In this document: positions 51,027 to 64,000 of the stretch, piece by piece
Layout: each line of letters opens with the position of its first letter
How positions within the stretch are numbered: the stretch's first letter is position 1
DNA from: Catajapyx aquilonaris
Taxonomy: Eukaryota
DNA: 64,000 bases
NCBI GenBank assembly: GCA_000934665.2
Contig: KZ538450.1
Span: 1 to 64,000 of the forward strand
Reading direction: 5' to 3'
Translations under genes and position numbers: made by a program
Notes under the pieces: generated by a model
What the model was told of the DNA's origin: nothing
Databases searched by the model: none
The model's input: only the letters and a program-made list of their open reading frames with translations

Positions 51027-54000
51027 TTAGAAGTCCCAGTCATCCTCCATATCAAGATCAGCAATCACGCCTTCTAGGTCAGCCATTTCTGAAAGTTGGA
51101 AAGCATCAAGTCAGTGTCAGACATCTTGCATATGAAGAGAAAAACCTAACACTTGAATCATACTGTTGAGTGGCAACACTGTTCTGTGGGCATAAAATAA
51201 TATGCCGAAATAATATTCCCACAATACCTTCCTCTCTGGGAAAGTCATCAGAATGACATGGATGAAGCTCAACCCTATTTATGCAATGCAAACTCAAACA
51301 CTTTGGATCTTCTCCCATTGCAACATAATATAATTCCGACAATGAGTTCTATCTTACACTTTGAATGTGGTTTCAAGTTTAGGGCATAAAAGATGCAAAG
51401 GAAATACAAGAAGCAATTTCTCCATATTGGCATTCCCTTCTGTCATAAAAAATTTCCTTCATATTCATAATTTATGATGTGTTTGAAGTGAAGGTTATTT
51501 TGGCCTGGATTTAGGGCCAGATGCATGATCAATGGTAAATTAACCCATTGTCTCCCACAGCCATTTTGGTTGAATTATAATGCAACCAAACGAAATGATT
51601 CTTTTAAATTCACTGGTATAACCTCGACGGAAATTTATTTCATCATAGAAACTAGAAGAGTTACCGAAGGCTATGTTCATGAGTGTTTACGCACTCGTGT
51701 GATATTTTTAATGGCACGACGTCATAGGCCAAAGGTCTCATTCATTGTAAACAAACCAAAACAAACACTTACTCATTGGGTCACAATTTTTGACCTGTCT
51801 TAAGGCGCGTTTACATGTGAGCGATTTGATGAGCGAAATCTTCGCCGAGGCTAAAATTAACGATCGATTTTCGACTCAAAACAATATTGGTTACTTGGGT
51901 TACTCAGCCTCGGCGAAGATTTCGCTCCGCTTTGCTCGTCAAATCACTCACATGTAAATGCACCTTTATGATTTCCCCCCAGATTTCGCGGTCAGCTCTT
52001 TATGACATTGTGACAGGATAGCTGGGCTATCACAAGCGTCGTGCATAATGAGTTTAAGAACACACTGCAAAGAGCCCAAAAAGTGTGTGGTAGGTTGGCT
52101 CAGTACCCAGACGGGAACCTTCTCTGGGGAAGGCATACAAAAGATGGTGCCACGTTATGACAAGTGATTCCATCGAGATGGTGACTATGTGGAAATGTAG
52201 CTAACATTTGTATGTATAAAATATTTTCCATCACTCTTGTTTTTCTTTCACAGCTTATCGGTAATGGGGTCCTAGCCTTCACTTTGGAAACTACATAATA
52301 AATTCGGCCATATTTTTTGGATTTTTTTGGCGTATTCCGTTTTAACCCTGTACTGCACACATTTAGGATTGTGGGAAGAAAAAAATTCTAACGCCTTTTT
52401 CTCATCATATGCGACGTAAGGATGGTTTTTATTATGTTTTGGTCATCTCTGACCCAATGACCTTGAAGTTACACCGGGTGAGTCAAAAGTCATGGCGAGT
52501 ATTTTTTTATTCCAAAATGGTAACACATACAGAGATGACCTTTGCTAAGTTTTGAAGGTCCGGTGATTACAATTTCATCTGATAAATAGATGGCATCCAT
52601 ATCGCAAAGGGGACCAGAAAACTAAAGGCGATCATAACCCCCACCCTTCCACCGTCTCATGCAGCTCGGGGTGGGGGGTCACGATCCCCTTTCGTTTACC
52701 GGCTCCCTTTGAGATCTCGGGGCCATCTATATTCCAGTCCAAATTGTAATCGCCGGGCCTTTAAAACGTAGTAATGGTCATATCTGTACATATTTCCGTT
52801 TTCGAATAAAAATAGTACAATGACTTAGGACTCAAACCTCAAGCAATATTGCGCCTGCGCCACCAAAAAATTGTGATGAAATTGTGCTGGCAAAATTAGA
52901 ATGGCCTCAAATGGCGACGAGAGAGCTACTCTTGCAGTGTTACACATGCAATTCGATATTTAATATCTGCACCTATATCTAATCAGCTCCAGAAACAATT
53001 GCTGCTTCAGCAAATTCAAATTTCGCGCCATTTTCAACGACCTTGGCTTCTCTCCGCTTCATACCATATCCCGATCGTAACATTGTCGACATTGCATGTC
53101 ATCCAGCGGAAGCTAACAAACTAACGGTGACATCAAGCCACACTGTGGTTTCCAGGACCAATGTTGAAGCTTATGGCGCCTGCGCAAATTAATTTTTGCC
53201 CTCAGGCAACAATGCCCGCTACAGGGTTAAGAAAGCAGTTTCAGTTCCGGAGATATTGGCGTTTTTCGGTAGGATCTGGATACATCACTGAATCCTAGCG
53301 AAATGTTGATGTCACGCAAAGGGAAATGAAGGCAAGAATGATGTTATAGAACACGCCCCGGCATTGTCATAAAATATTTCGTTGTTGTTAGCAAACCGTC
53401 CTATTCCTGGTGCCTGCGGTGCCAGACCCTCACAGACCTCGGTTTGGAGGGCAGGCAGGTCGCTCCGGGGCGAACCCACACCACTGTGTGCCGGAGGGAG
53501 TGAAAAAGCGTGAGCAAGATAGCAGCCAGGGTGCGTTTTTACTCTAAGCCACTCAATCTGCTTCGGGCCCGGCAGTGGTGCCAGCAGCTCGGAATTATCT
53601 GTCTCCCGAATTCGGCACATAAAGGCCCCCTTTCTCCACTTCGATGGCCTACAGGTGCCTTGCGAATGCTTTCCGTCATGTCCGCGGTAAATTCAACAGA
53701 GTGATGGAATGTGTGTTTACAGGCATGGGCTAGCTATTTATGAACAAAAATCCCAAATCCCAGACCAAGGCTAGGACCCCATTTTAAAATAGCCCTCGTA
53801 CATTTTGAGTACCTACCATCTGATGGTGGCTTCCTGTTTGAAATTGGTATAACGGGAAAGAGAAGTTCGGGGAGTGACATCCCACTCTTGCGGCACTGCT
53901 TGAAGAAGGAATGTGTTAAAAGATTGGCAGCACTAGGCCTGAGGCATGGGTCTCGCTGCAAGCACAGTTCTACAAAGTGGTGAAAGTGATCTGAGAAATG

Positions 54001-55500
54001 GCGGTTCTGGGCGGCCACAAGCTCTCTATTCTGCATGTTGGTAGTGCTGGCCACGCTGTCCCCAACACCTGAGTCTGTGTGATGGACTGTAAGGATTAAC
54101 ATCCAATCACTGTCAACAATAATATGGTACCTTCACTTACTCATGTACTTCAAATGAAGAACAGATTGTACAGTGTCCTTCATGTCATTTTACTTGCCTG
54201 GTTTGTCACTGGTATCTTCCAGGTTCGCCAGGAGAGAGGCTGAATCAAGCAGATGGGGAGTAGAACCATGTAACTTCTCAATTAACAAAAATGTGGATGG
54301 CATGTCTGCAAATGGAACAACACCATTGGCCAGCTCACAAGCTGTAACCCCAATGCTGTATATGTCACATTTTTCGTTGTAGCCTTGCAGATTCTGTAAC
54401 CATCAAGAAGCTCCAGTAAGACCATTCCATTCAAATCAGTGCAATATTTTGACAAATTTTTGCCTTCTTGAAATGAAGGAGCACTATGATGAACAATAAT
54501 GCAGTATTAAATGCCAAATGTAAAGTAATACAGCAAGGGTAAGACAGGGATAAAAATATGATAGAATTCCATAGCCTCATGTAGGATCAGTCATGCACCT
54601 TCACATTCATGAAGCCACACATAATAATCATTGATCAAATGCTGTTTTACATTGCGATCATGAGAGTTGCTTGAGAAATTTAAACATCATGGCATAAAGC
54701 AGTGATTTTGCACTTTTGCATTGTAAACTCGTATTTCAAGATTTACAGCATACCTGTTCCAACAACTCGGGGCTCAACCAGTTAAGATTTTTTGGTGTAT
54801 CACATGGAAAGTTATGCAAGTAGTGCTTCCACTTCATCTCCTCCAACAAGCTGCATGCATACTTCAGGCCTGTCAGGTAAGCTTTTCCAGACTCTGATAT
54901 CAAGATGTGACTTGCTCTAATACTCCTGAAATAGAAACTAAATGTGAATTAATTGTGCAAACATTGATATAATGTCATTTACCTGTGGATGTAACCCTTC
55001 TTATGTAAATAATCCAAGGCTTGAAGAATGTCCCGTAAAATGAAGGCAATGACTAGCTCAGGAAGTCCCTCCGTGAACTGGGCATTAATCAGATCTTTTG
55101 CTGATGCATATGCCATAAGTGGCATCACAATCCACAGTTCTTGGCCAACAACAAATGATGTATTGAATGGGAGAATTGAAGGATTATTTAGCTTCCGATT
55201 TAGTACAACTTCCTCCTGTTCAAAGAAGTAAATGATTATTACCATGGACCTATCAAACATGACAAAAGCATGTACCTGAATCTGTTTTATACTTTCGTTG
55301 CATTGATCCATGTTATATTTTTTAATGGCCACCATTTTCCCTGTTTGCACGTGGCTGGCCATGACCACTACGCCATACTCATCATTGGTTTGCCCAATCA
55401 TCTGATACACTTGATAATCACTTGCTTTTGGCTCAAAAACACCCATGCTTTTATCTTTTGGCAGTAGAGGAATTGCTTCTGTAATGGCTGCTAAATTTGT
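51027..55500 (-). CDS. STRADA: STE20-related kinase adaptor (STRAD) pseudokinase, LKB1/MO25 partner
   Basis: Exons 55500-55276, 55215-54983, 54925-54754, 54393-54198 (GC donor), 54086-53817, 51088-51027; probable ATG exon 59048-59012. Pseudokinase hallmarks: 'HRSIRASH' (no catalytic Asp), 'LTGL' in place of DFG, '[24 protein letters not shown]', C-terminal WDF (WEF-like MO25-binding motif). Confidence 0.93.
51544..51760 (+). mobile_element. Left part of piggyBac-like element (family of 2081-3431)
   Basis: TTAA|CCCATTGTCTCCC; colinear with 2081-2144 joined to 2713-2830. Confidence 0.7.
51803..51965. mobile_element. Harbinger hairpin MITE
   Basis: TTA TSD; AGGCGCGTTTACATGTGAG / CTCACATGTAAATGCACCT. 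Confidence 0.82.
52060..52260 (+). mobile_element. mariner transposase 3' remnant
   Basis: '[22 protein letters not shown]' matches the typical mariner C-terminus. Confidence 0.75.
52346..53226. mobile_element. piggyBac-like element with a palindromic MITE inside (~52474-52838)
   Basis: TTAA|CCCTGTA...TACAGGG|TTAA. Confidence 0.65.
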
Positions 55501-57420
55501 CTGGAATAAATTGGCCAGTAAGCATTTCAGGTTCACTCAACATATTTTTCCTTAAAATCCCAATCAACTTGAAATAATTAGCTGCTATGGTACAACAAAA
55601 TTATCACCATGCAAGTACAGGAGATATATGATTCATGAACACTGCAGTACAAAAACATGTTGAAGCATAACATCTCACACAGTCCTGAGCAAAAAAATAC
55701 AATGGTGAAGCAGCATTAAGAATATCTTACTCATTATGGAACTGATCTGCCCCCAAAAAGAGACTTGCATTATATTATTTTGTAAAACTTAGGGCACATG
55801 CACACAGAAGGCAACAGTATCAGGCAGCTTGGATTGTGTCCACCAGAAGCAACCAATCACCCGTGTCACGCAGGGGTATTTGCAAAGGGATGAAATTATT
55901 GTTGTTTTTTCTGTTGCTATTTAAAATGTGTAACCGATCCCTGCATTGTGCATCCTGCTTGCAACTCCACATCCTCGCTTGATTTATTTTGGGCGATTGT
56001 GCCCATCTGGATGGGCCAATGTACATGGTAAAATTGCACATAAGCAGTGAGGTGCAAAAGTGCTTATAAAACAATTGCTGATATTTTTATTTATAATTTA
56101 TTTGGATCAGCCTCTTGTTCTGTGGCATCCTGCTGCAGTTGCCAGAACATGATTAAGGACACGAGCACCACATCTCTGCTGCTGCTGCAGGCAGCAGTAA
56201 CTGGTCAACAGCAACAGCCTTCTGTGTCCACACTTCCATCCTTTAGCATTGCTGTAAATTGTGAGGGAGAAGGCAGAAAAGAGAAATACCAGCCTTTCCT
56301 GTTTTCATTCTCTCTCTTTCTATTTCCATCTGTCCCACCTTTGTTTCTTCTAATACCCAAATAAACTTATTTACATTGGCGCCTTCCCAATCAATCAATC
56401 AACCTTCTGTGTACACATGCCCTTTTATGAGTATCCTATCCTCAATCTGAATCATGCTGGCATTGAGGGATCTGCTCTTTGCAAATCACGTGTCAAGGTG
56501 TCATCATGTGACTGCCCAATAATGGTGTTTATATCTTGATACATATGATTTTAAAAACAACTGCAACTGCAATAAAGAATGGCATTCCAGTGAAGTTCAA
56601 TTATTTTCTTTGCAAAGAGAAAACGCAACTGTTCTGCAATAATTTCAGTTGCCACTGTAATAAGTTTATATCATGATTTTAGCTTATGGGATGATTGTAC
56701 CATGATATCCACCAATGAAGTCATTTAGCTCATGTGGAATTCAAAATATTAACAAACCAAAGGGGAACCATTGTATGACACGAAAACCTGAATCCAATGA
56801 ATTTATGCTCTGTTCTATGTGGCTTATGAATTTGATTACACAATTACATTTATGAAAATCAAAGCAAAATTAAAATGTTCTAGACACTAGCTCATGATAA
56901 CATCTGTTTCCCATAGGACAAATTTCATTTCCTCTGCATCACAAAACAAACTTTTTGCAAACAGTAATGACTTTTCTGCCATCCAATGACACATGCCCAA
57001 CCAATTATTTCTTGAAATACGAGTGTACTGTGTGTTTCGGAATTCAGCTCCTGGATATGAGTTACATTCTGGAACACATGATATAAAGATCTCCTAAGTT
57101 ACACCATGTGTTCCAATCCATATTGATCTTGTGAATGCCTGCAGCTTTGAGATGAGACTATGGCAGAATTCTCTTTGAAGTAAACCTCCTCTACATCACT
57201 AGAATAATTCTGGAATTTAAAAATACAACCTGCACATATTCTATTGCAAGAACCAAGTGACTGCAATACTTTTGTGTCACTCACATCATAAAAGTGATAT
57301 ATGTTCCTCAATTTCTCATCCACATTATATCAGACCTGCTTATCAGGTGTGGCAAAACAAGATTTTTTTCCACTAAAACAATCATCATGAGGGCAAAACC
57401 TACAACTTCAATTACAAGAA

Positions 57421-58363
57421 CTTAAGGGTCCCAGATTCGATCCCAAGCCTGGGCTTTCCCCCCTTCATCACTTTCAGAGTTGGGTCATCTCTGGCTCCAT
57501 CTCAGGTGGGATTCCTTGAAACTAACCACCAGGTCGAACTCACGAAATGACCACGCAGCAACATTGCACTTGCACTGTACACCTCCCCTCCCAGTATTTA
57601 AATGGATGATCAGGCTGGAGAACATGGCGACAGATAGACTTACTAAGTGCTGCTTTAATTATGTAATGTCGAGGAGGGCGACCTCCAATTCGAACTGGAT
57701 CAATAAAATAGACCTTTTTCTTAATAGGTCAGGTAGCTCGTAGGACCATTGGTCACGCTCCCCATCTTTAGCTACTGCCTCCGCGATAGTCAAACAATAC
57801 ATAGATGTGACAATACAAGAGGATTATGCGGCACTGGGAGCTTCTATTAGGTACCGAAATTACGCAATGCTGAAAAACTCCCCTCTACGTGAACTGGATT
57901 TCTCGTACAACTCCCCCATCCAGATCACTCCTATGTTGGCAAACCTGCGCAATGAATCTCCTTATCTATTTATCCAGGGGTATAGACTTCCCATCAATGG
58001 TTCTATGGAATGCTCATTATGCTACCCACCTGACCTCATTGATCTCCACCATGTTATCTACATATGTTCCTTCTTCAAGCAAGCGAGACGAACACATCTC
58101 TATGACTGGCCTAGAGTCCCCCCCGATAAGGTTTATACACTGTTACAAGATTCTCCCTCCCATGTTTTATACTACCTACACTCATACTTTGTACAATCCA
58201 CCAGACTGCTGAAACATGCTGATATTACTCTGTATATTGCTGCCCCATTTCTGATAACTGTTCGTTCTTCCTTTGCTGTTTGATATTGTGGATTGACGGA
58301 GGGAAACGAAACTGGCCCTTCCCCCTCCTGTAATGGGATTTTCCCAGAGGAGAAAATAAACTC

Positions 58364-58430
<67 letters not shown>

Positions 58431-58565
58431 ACCTCCCCTCCCTGTCACCCTTCCCTGCCCAAAGACCCAGGCGCTTCGCATAAAAGTTCCGATGTGTATA
58501 GTAAAGGTCAGTGCTACATACCTTGCAAGGAGGTCAAGCACTACCTGGATTATTATTATTATTTT
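57421..58565 (+). mobile_element. SINE (family of 30245) interrupted by a LINE 3' fragment
   Basis: Head 57421-57592; the 3' part resumes at 58429 and ends AAGCACTACCTGGAT(TAT)n. Confidence 0.75.
57593..58428 (+). mobile_element. 5'-truncated LINE 3' end with CCHC motif and (ATT)n tail
   Basis: 'ECSLC....DLHHVIYICSFFKQAR'; AATAAA then (ATT)n; 14-bp TSD ACACCTCCCCTCCC. Confidence 0.8.
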
Positions 58566-59260
58566 ATGTTTATTATACTTAAAATTTTGTGACTAGTTAC
58601 TGACCTGAGTTGTTTCAAAAAGTAACTTACTACATTAAGAAAAACAATAATGATAGGCTACACAAGTTATTAGAAAAATGTTCCTTTTACTAAGTAATTA
58701 TCCAACCCTAGGTGCAAGTCTATGAGAAGCATTTTGAACATAAAACAAAATAATCCCTGAAGCATACGCAAAATTTGGTAAGAACAAGAGGCATGCACAA
58801 CCATTCCCATGACAACTGGACACATGCAACCACTATTTTTTTTAAACTGGGCTGGAAAATTGTCACATGAGCATTTGGAAACATTTCACGAGCTGGTGGC
58901 ATGACTGGCGAACCTTACTAGGGGTTGATAGGTGGCCCCGTCTCTGTCATGTGATTCAGAATCTGAGTATGTTACATGAGAACATGGGCAAGGGCAGTCC
59001 AAAAAGGTTACTGACATGTCTACAGCAATGATTCTCCAAAGCTGGTACCTGGAAAAAATTTAATCAGAACATTTATGTGTCTGGAAGCTACGATGACTCC
59101 ATAAATATCAGAAGACAATAACATTTTTCAAGTCTCAAATAGAACATTACACTGCTGTTCTCTTTACACTTACATGTTCAGGTCCAGGCAGTCATTAAAT
59201 AAACCTAAAGAAGCCATCCTTCATAAATAAATAGCAAATATCCTCACTAGAGTTAAATTA

Positions 59261-59716
59261 TGAGGGCTAGTCAAAACAAATTCAGACTGAATTTTGATAT
59301 GAGAAAGAGAATTAGTTCACCATTTGTAGTGAGTGGCATCGTGTAAAGCATGTCTTGGGAGTATTAGAACACCAAATCCTGTTCAAATATTCCGAGATCT
59401 CAGGCAATTATGAAGTAGAGCCACGTTCACTTTCACCTCCACTCTGCCAGTGTCAAGATGGAAGGAAGAACCTCATCCCTGAATATTCCTCCTCGCAGTC
59501 AACCTCCATCTTGACAATGATGGAGTGGAGGCGAAAACTAATTTAGGTCCACTTCCTGCATCAGTGTTGCCTGAAATCACAGAATATTCGAACAGGAACT
59601 GGTGTTCTAATACTCGAAGACATGCTTTACACCATGCCACTCACCATGAGTGGTGAACTACACATAATTCACTTTCACACAAAAATTCAGTCTAAGTTTG
59701 TTTTGACTAGCCCTCA
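59261..59716. mobile_element. mariner-type foldback MITE
   Basis: TGAGGGCTAGTCAAAACAAA...TTTGTTTTGACTAGCCCTCA with ~150 bp arms. Confidence 0.85.
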
Positions 59717-59852
59717 TGTCAATCCCACCTTTCTCTTTGGCACAATCTTTTGTCTATATAATTTCCAAATGCTATAACCTCTACTTCCCCCAATATGTAC
59801 GAGTTGAACTCGATTATGGAGTCATAAAATTGCCACACATCACGTTTTCTAT

Positions 59853-60320
59853 GGGAGGCCAAAAGATTCCTGAGTTGATATACTGTGTAAATGAAATAAG
59901 TGCGCATTTTTTGCGGAATGCTCGAGTGACACGAAAGAAACATTTTTTGCCAATACACTTGGTGCCTCAGACGCATCGTTACGTCTGAAAATGAGGGTTT
60001 GTCACACGTCAAACAAAGTCATATCCTTAGTAACCATAGTAATACCATGGCAACCATGGTTACCAACATTTCGACGTATGTATGTGACATGTCGCAAAAC
60101 AATCAACTGTTGAAGTAGTATGGTTACCATGGTGGTTGCTATGATTTCGAAGATTTAGATGTGTTTGTATGACGCATGAAAAACACTCGTTTTATGACTT
60201 AACGATGTGTCTGAAGCACGAAGTGTATTGGCAAAAAAGGTTTCTTTCGGGTCCCTCGATCATTCCGCAAAATTGTGCACTTATTTCATTTCACGGCGTA
60301 AATCAGTTGGCTAATCCTCC
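59853..60320. mobile_element. Foldback MITE
   Basis: Inverted arms ~59875-60060 and 60120-60310. Confidence 0.75.
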
Positions 60321-60529
60321 AAAAGATATGCTGTATTCATCAAGCTGGTGGCCTGCATGCTCAATGCCTGTAAAGCAGCTTGCTCTACTACCTGCATTTA
60401 CACAAATTAGTTACATGGTTGTAAGGCATTTGTAATGCAGTGTACCATTCATATCTATTCATTTCATATGGCTGGCCAATTGCTATAGAAAAATGATTTA
60501 ATTCAGTATTTTTCCATTTCCTGATCTCC

Positions 60530-60820
60530 ACTGGGTTCAGTGGGGCTTAACGTCGGCCTATTTCTGCCTCTAAGGCTCAACACCAATGCCAGGGGGTGGT
60601 CCTCCTCCTGGAAATTTGGCCCGCTCTGGGGATCTTGAACGTGCACTCGCGCAATGTCACAAGCACACGGGACCGACGGCTTTACTTCCCCTCCGAAGGA
60701 AGGCGCACTCTCACTTTTCTACCACCCAGAGAAAAGTCACCGACCTCGGCCGGGTTCGAACCCACAACCTTGGGACCAGAGGCAAGCACGCTAACCACTA
60801 GTCCACCAAGGCCGGCTCCT
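60530..60820 (-). mobile_element. tRNA-derived SINE (Deu/Nin-like core)
   Basis: A box GGTGGACTAGTGG, B box GGTTCGAACCC, body CCTTCGGAGGGGAAGTAAAGCCGTCGGTCCC. Confidence 0.8.
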
Positions 60821-61225
60821 GATCTCCACTATGAATTTTTTCCGGGATGGCCTTCCCTTCTGTTATTTCGTGGAGATGCCATCAGGCAGCAACAGACATG
60901 TGAGAATTCACTTCTGGAATTGTTGCATAAGAATTTTGCTGTATAAAGGCAACTTCATGGGTTGAAAAGTGAGGCGTTGACTATAACAGAACTGAGGCTT
61001 TTTACAAAGAACTACCTCTAATTATTTTCAAAGTGTTGCATAAAGTCTTGTTTTGACAAACAAGTTTTTAATACCTTCATCCCTGAAATGGGTTTTCTTT
61101 CTGATAAAACTTATAACAGGAAGGTCCAAATTCAGTCAAATAAATCCAGCTGGATGACACTTGCTATGAATTGCATATAAAACCAAACCAACAATTTACG
61201 ACAAGCGCAACCACTGAATTCAAAT

Positions 61226-61473
61226 GAAGAGCACAGGGGAAAAACGGGGAATGTCACATTCCGTTGGGGGTTCCTGCCAAGAGCACAGTACCATAGTAGC
61301 ATAGATGACACTTATACCTGGAGGCTTTCCATGGGTACAAGGGTGACAGTTGCATATAATGACGTGAAGATATCCCTATTATTCTTTAGACACGTGAAGA
61401 AATAAAGCTATTTCTTCAATTTTTCATGGACATTTTTTCTGTGACATTACCCGTTATTCCCCTGTGCTCTTCA
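61226..61473. mobile_element. Small inverted-repeat element
   Basis: TGAAGAGCACAGGGGAA..AATGTCACA / TGTGACATT..TTCCCCTGTGCTCTTCA. Confidence 0.6.
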
Positions 61474-63224
61474 AATGAGTTCCGCGCTCCCTGCCCTTAA
61501 CAGCATTTAACTTGTGTTTCTGCTTATCAGTGTAGAAAAATGCCATCCTTCTGCGGTCATGAAACTGTTTATCCTTGCCTAGAAACATAAACGTAACAAT
61601 GACATGGCATTTGTAAGAACGTACCTATAGCCAAGAACTGAGCTTCTAACATGTCTGAAACTCTTCAATCTACTACACAACTCATCAGTGCCACACCAGA
61701 TATTGGCTACAAGTATATATGATACAGTCCAAGTGCACTAATAATTACATTGATATGTAATTACAGTCATTATTGGCTACTACATCCTACATGAAAGCCA
61801 GTGCAGTTGCACATACCACAGTAATTCTGTTTAATCACAATAGGGCGTGAAAATACTTGAAAATTCCACACCAAACTAGAGGCCTGCAACAGCTAATCCT
61901 TTCACCATGTCAGTCATACAGGCACCGAGGTCTCAACCGGCTCAGCCACTGCGCCATTTTTGCAAGTCTCAGAACAACATTGCGATTGCGTAACATTAAA
62001 AATCGCCGCTACTGTAACACTGAAATGTAAATGATATGAACATATTAATTTGGAGCATACTGCCCTTGCATGGACCGAATCCGGTCACTAAATGGTGGAA
62101 CCTGTGCTGAACATAGAGTCAGCTCACTAGTCACTACGGTGTGATGTGTGGTGTGTGATGAGTGGTAACTACAAGGAACCGTTATTCAAAATAATAACGT
62201 TGGTGTCCATCCAGAGGATTGGAATTAGGACTAGGTGAACAATTGGCCGCTTGGCGACCCCTAGGAGGCGGAAGAATTCGAAAAAGTACGGCTACCTGCC
62301 AAGCACGTTGCCCAGTGAATGTCGGGGTTGCGACAGTAGCTGCACCGCCGTCCCATGTATGAAAGTCACGTTGGAGCAGGGCTCCAAGCCCTGTCTGAAG
62401 GGGTCCAACTCGGCTCATCGGGAGGTGATGCTGCATAATTATGATCCTGGAGTTATATTGGCACATACTGACATGTATGAAAAAGTGATTACCATAGTAA
62501 CTCAGCTATATCAGCAATCAGATGAGGAGGCCGGTCATCAGCGTCACTGTACCATCACACTGCACCACATCGTGCTACCTGCACCGACTCCATATTGGAA
62601 ACCACAACACTCAACCGGATTTTCTTCGATGTTCCAGGGATGTTCTCCCTTCTCCGTTCCAGTGTGGTGCGCACACGGTGGGTGCGCACATAGGCGACTT
62701 CTGAACCGTTCTGAACCGATTCAAATCTAGTCTTCTCCAAGGCAGTGCTTCAAAACTTCAAATAAGGTGACCAGACGTGCTGAATTTTAATTATGTCGCC
62801 GGCACAACGCACATTAGCTATTCATTGTCCTTATTTTACTGCAGCTGGGTCCGGACAGCTAGGTCAGTGAGGTCACCCACCAGCCGCTAGGAACCACCTA
62901 GAAAAGCCGGGTAGCGACATCAGCGCCAAATTCCGGGTAGTGGAGAGCAGGCTCACGCAAATGGGGAGAGAGTTTCCCAGAGTTTCCAGACTTGTGTGAT
63001 ATAATGCCAAAATAATGACTGGCATGAGTTACTTTCAAGTTACTTTGCCACTTTGGAGTGCTCTGTAATTTCCCATTATAATATCTGTTTCCTCACTGCC
63101 CTGTGGTTTCCTCCAATAACAAAGAACCGCTTGATTACACACAGTTTATAGCACTTGCATGAAGCATGGTGAATATAGTAGCCTACTAATAGTAGCATTA
63201 CATTTTGCAGTGCTTGTGGATGTA

Positions 63225-63442
63225 CACCCGCGAGCATAAAGATGGAGACGGCAGGCCCTCACCTTCGGCAGGCTGCTCTGCCAAGTGCAGCTATTACGGT
63301 GTCAAATATAGGCTACTGTCATAAATACACACGAGCACATTTCTGATGCAGCTAACTCGGTCCAAAAAGAGTTCATTAATTTGAGTCGGATAAAGAAAGG
63401 TCAAAAAAGGGCCTGACGTCTCCATCTTTATGCTCACGGTGG
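63225..63442. mobile_element. TA-flanked MITE
   Basis: GAGCATAAAGATGGAGACG / CGTCTCCATCTTTATGCTC inverted ends. Confidence 0.75.
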
Positions 63443-64000
63443 TACATAGTTGAATCCGGATATAACAGACTTCAATAATAAGGGACCAAGGAAATCAGTA
63501 TGTTATATAACCGAGGTCTGTTATAGCCAAATCGCCAAGTTTTCTGCTTTCCACATGCCTATTAGCCTATATATATAATGTGTATACACTGATGTACGTA
63601 TCTATATCGCTCAAAAACATACAGACGATTTTGCATGTCAATGTCACTCAATACAGCCTGCACTTGAATCAAATGCAAAATCGTCTATGTTTTTGAGTGA
63701 TATAGTACACACTTCTACTGTATACTGATTAATGAAACTATCAAAAAATTCGTAAATTAGGCAGGACCAAAAAATCCGCTATTTTCTCCTGCCGTACTCT
63801 CCTTATCTTGCCAAATATACCAGAAACGGTCTGATTTTGACCTTTTCAACAAGTGTTAAATCAGTGACAGCAATGACAGGTGGGAAAATCACCCCCTGAC
63901 AGGCTTTCCTCTCATAGGAAAGGAACCTGAGTAATCAAAAACAGCATATTTTCCCTTCAAAGGGCCAAGAAATGGTCTGTTATAGCTGATGATGTGAGGT

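Noticed and set aside
62182..62740. Overlapping 94-159 aa ORFs in CpG-rich DNA
   Set aside because: No recognisable domain or splice-consistent model; may be a decayed TE or promoter region.

Overview
Eukaryotic (animal, most likely arthropod) genomic DNA: intron-rich, CpG-depleted outside promoters and young repeats, with many 60-70 nt mini-introns. Four protein-coding genes can be assembled from splice signals. (1) A LIV-1-family ZIP zinc importer (ZIP10/ZIP6/foi-like, minus strand, ATG 20527, 3' part not found and probably beyond the window start). (2) An uncharacterised minus-strand gene (~39.4k to 27661) containing three duplicated phase-0 exons. (3) A ZnT2-like CDF zinc exporter (plus strand, 40626-42947, 7 exons, 460 aa), head-to-head with gene 2 across a DRE-rich promoter. 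(4) The STRAD pseudokinase (minus strand, 55500 or 59017 to 51027, with a GC-AG intron). Introns and intergenic DNA are packed with non-autonomous DNA transposons (Tc1/mariner, pogo-like, piggyBac, Harbinger, hAT, Sola2, Kolobok-like; many are long foldbacks and several are nested), tRNA-derived SINEs and decayed LINEs (Utopia/NeSL-like, R1-like RNase H, and a CCHC-bearing 3' fragment). The main unexplained signal is a CpG-rich ~370 nt segment in a ZIP intron (11323-11691, minus strand) with a PSE-like + TATA + T-run layout, a candidate unassigned Pol III non-coding RNA gene. All family assignments are from motif recognition by eye; no searches were run.
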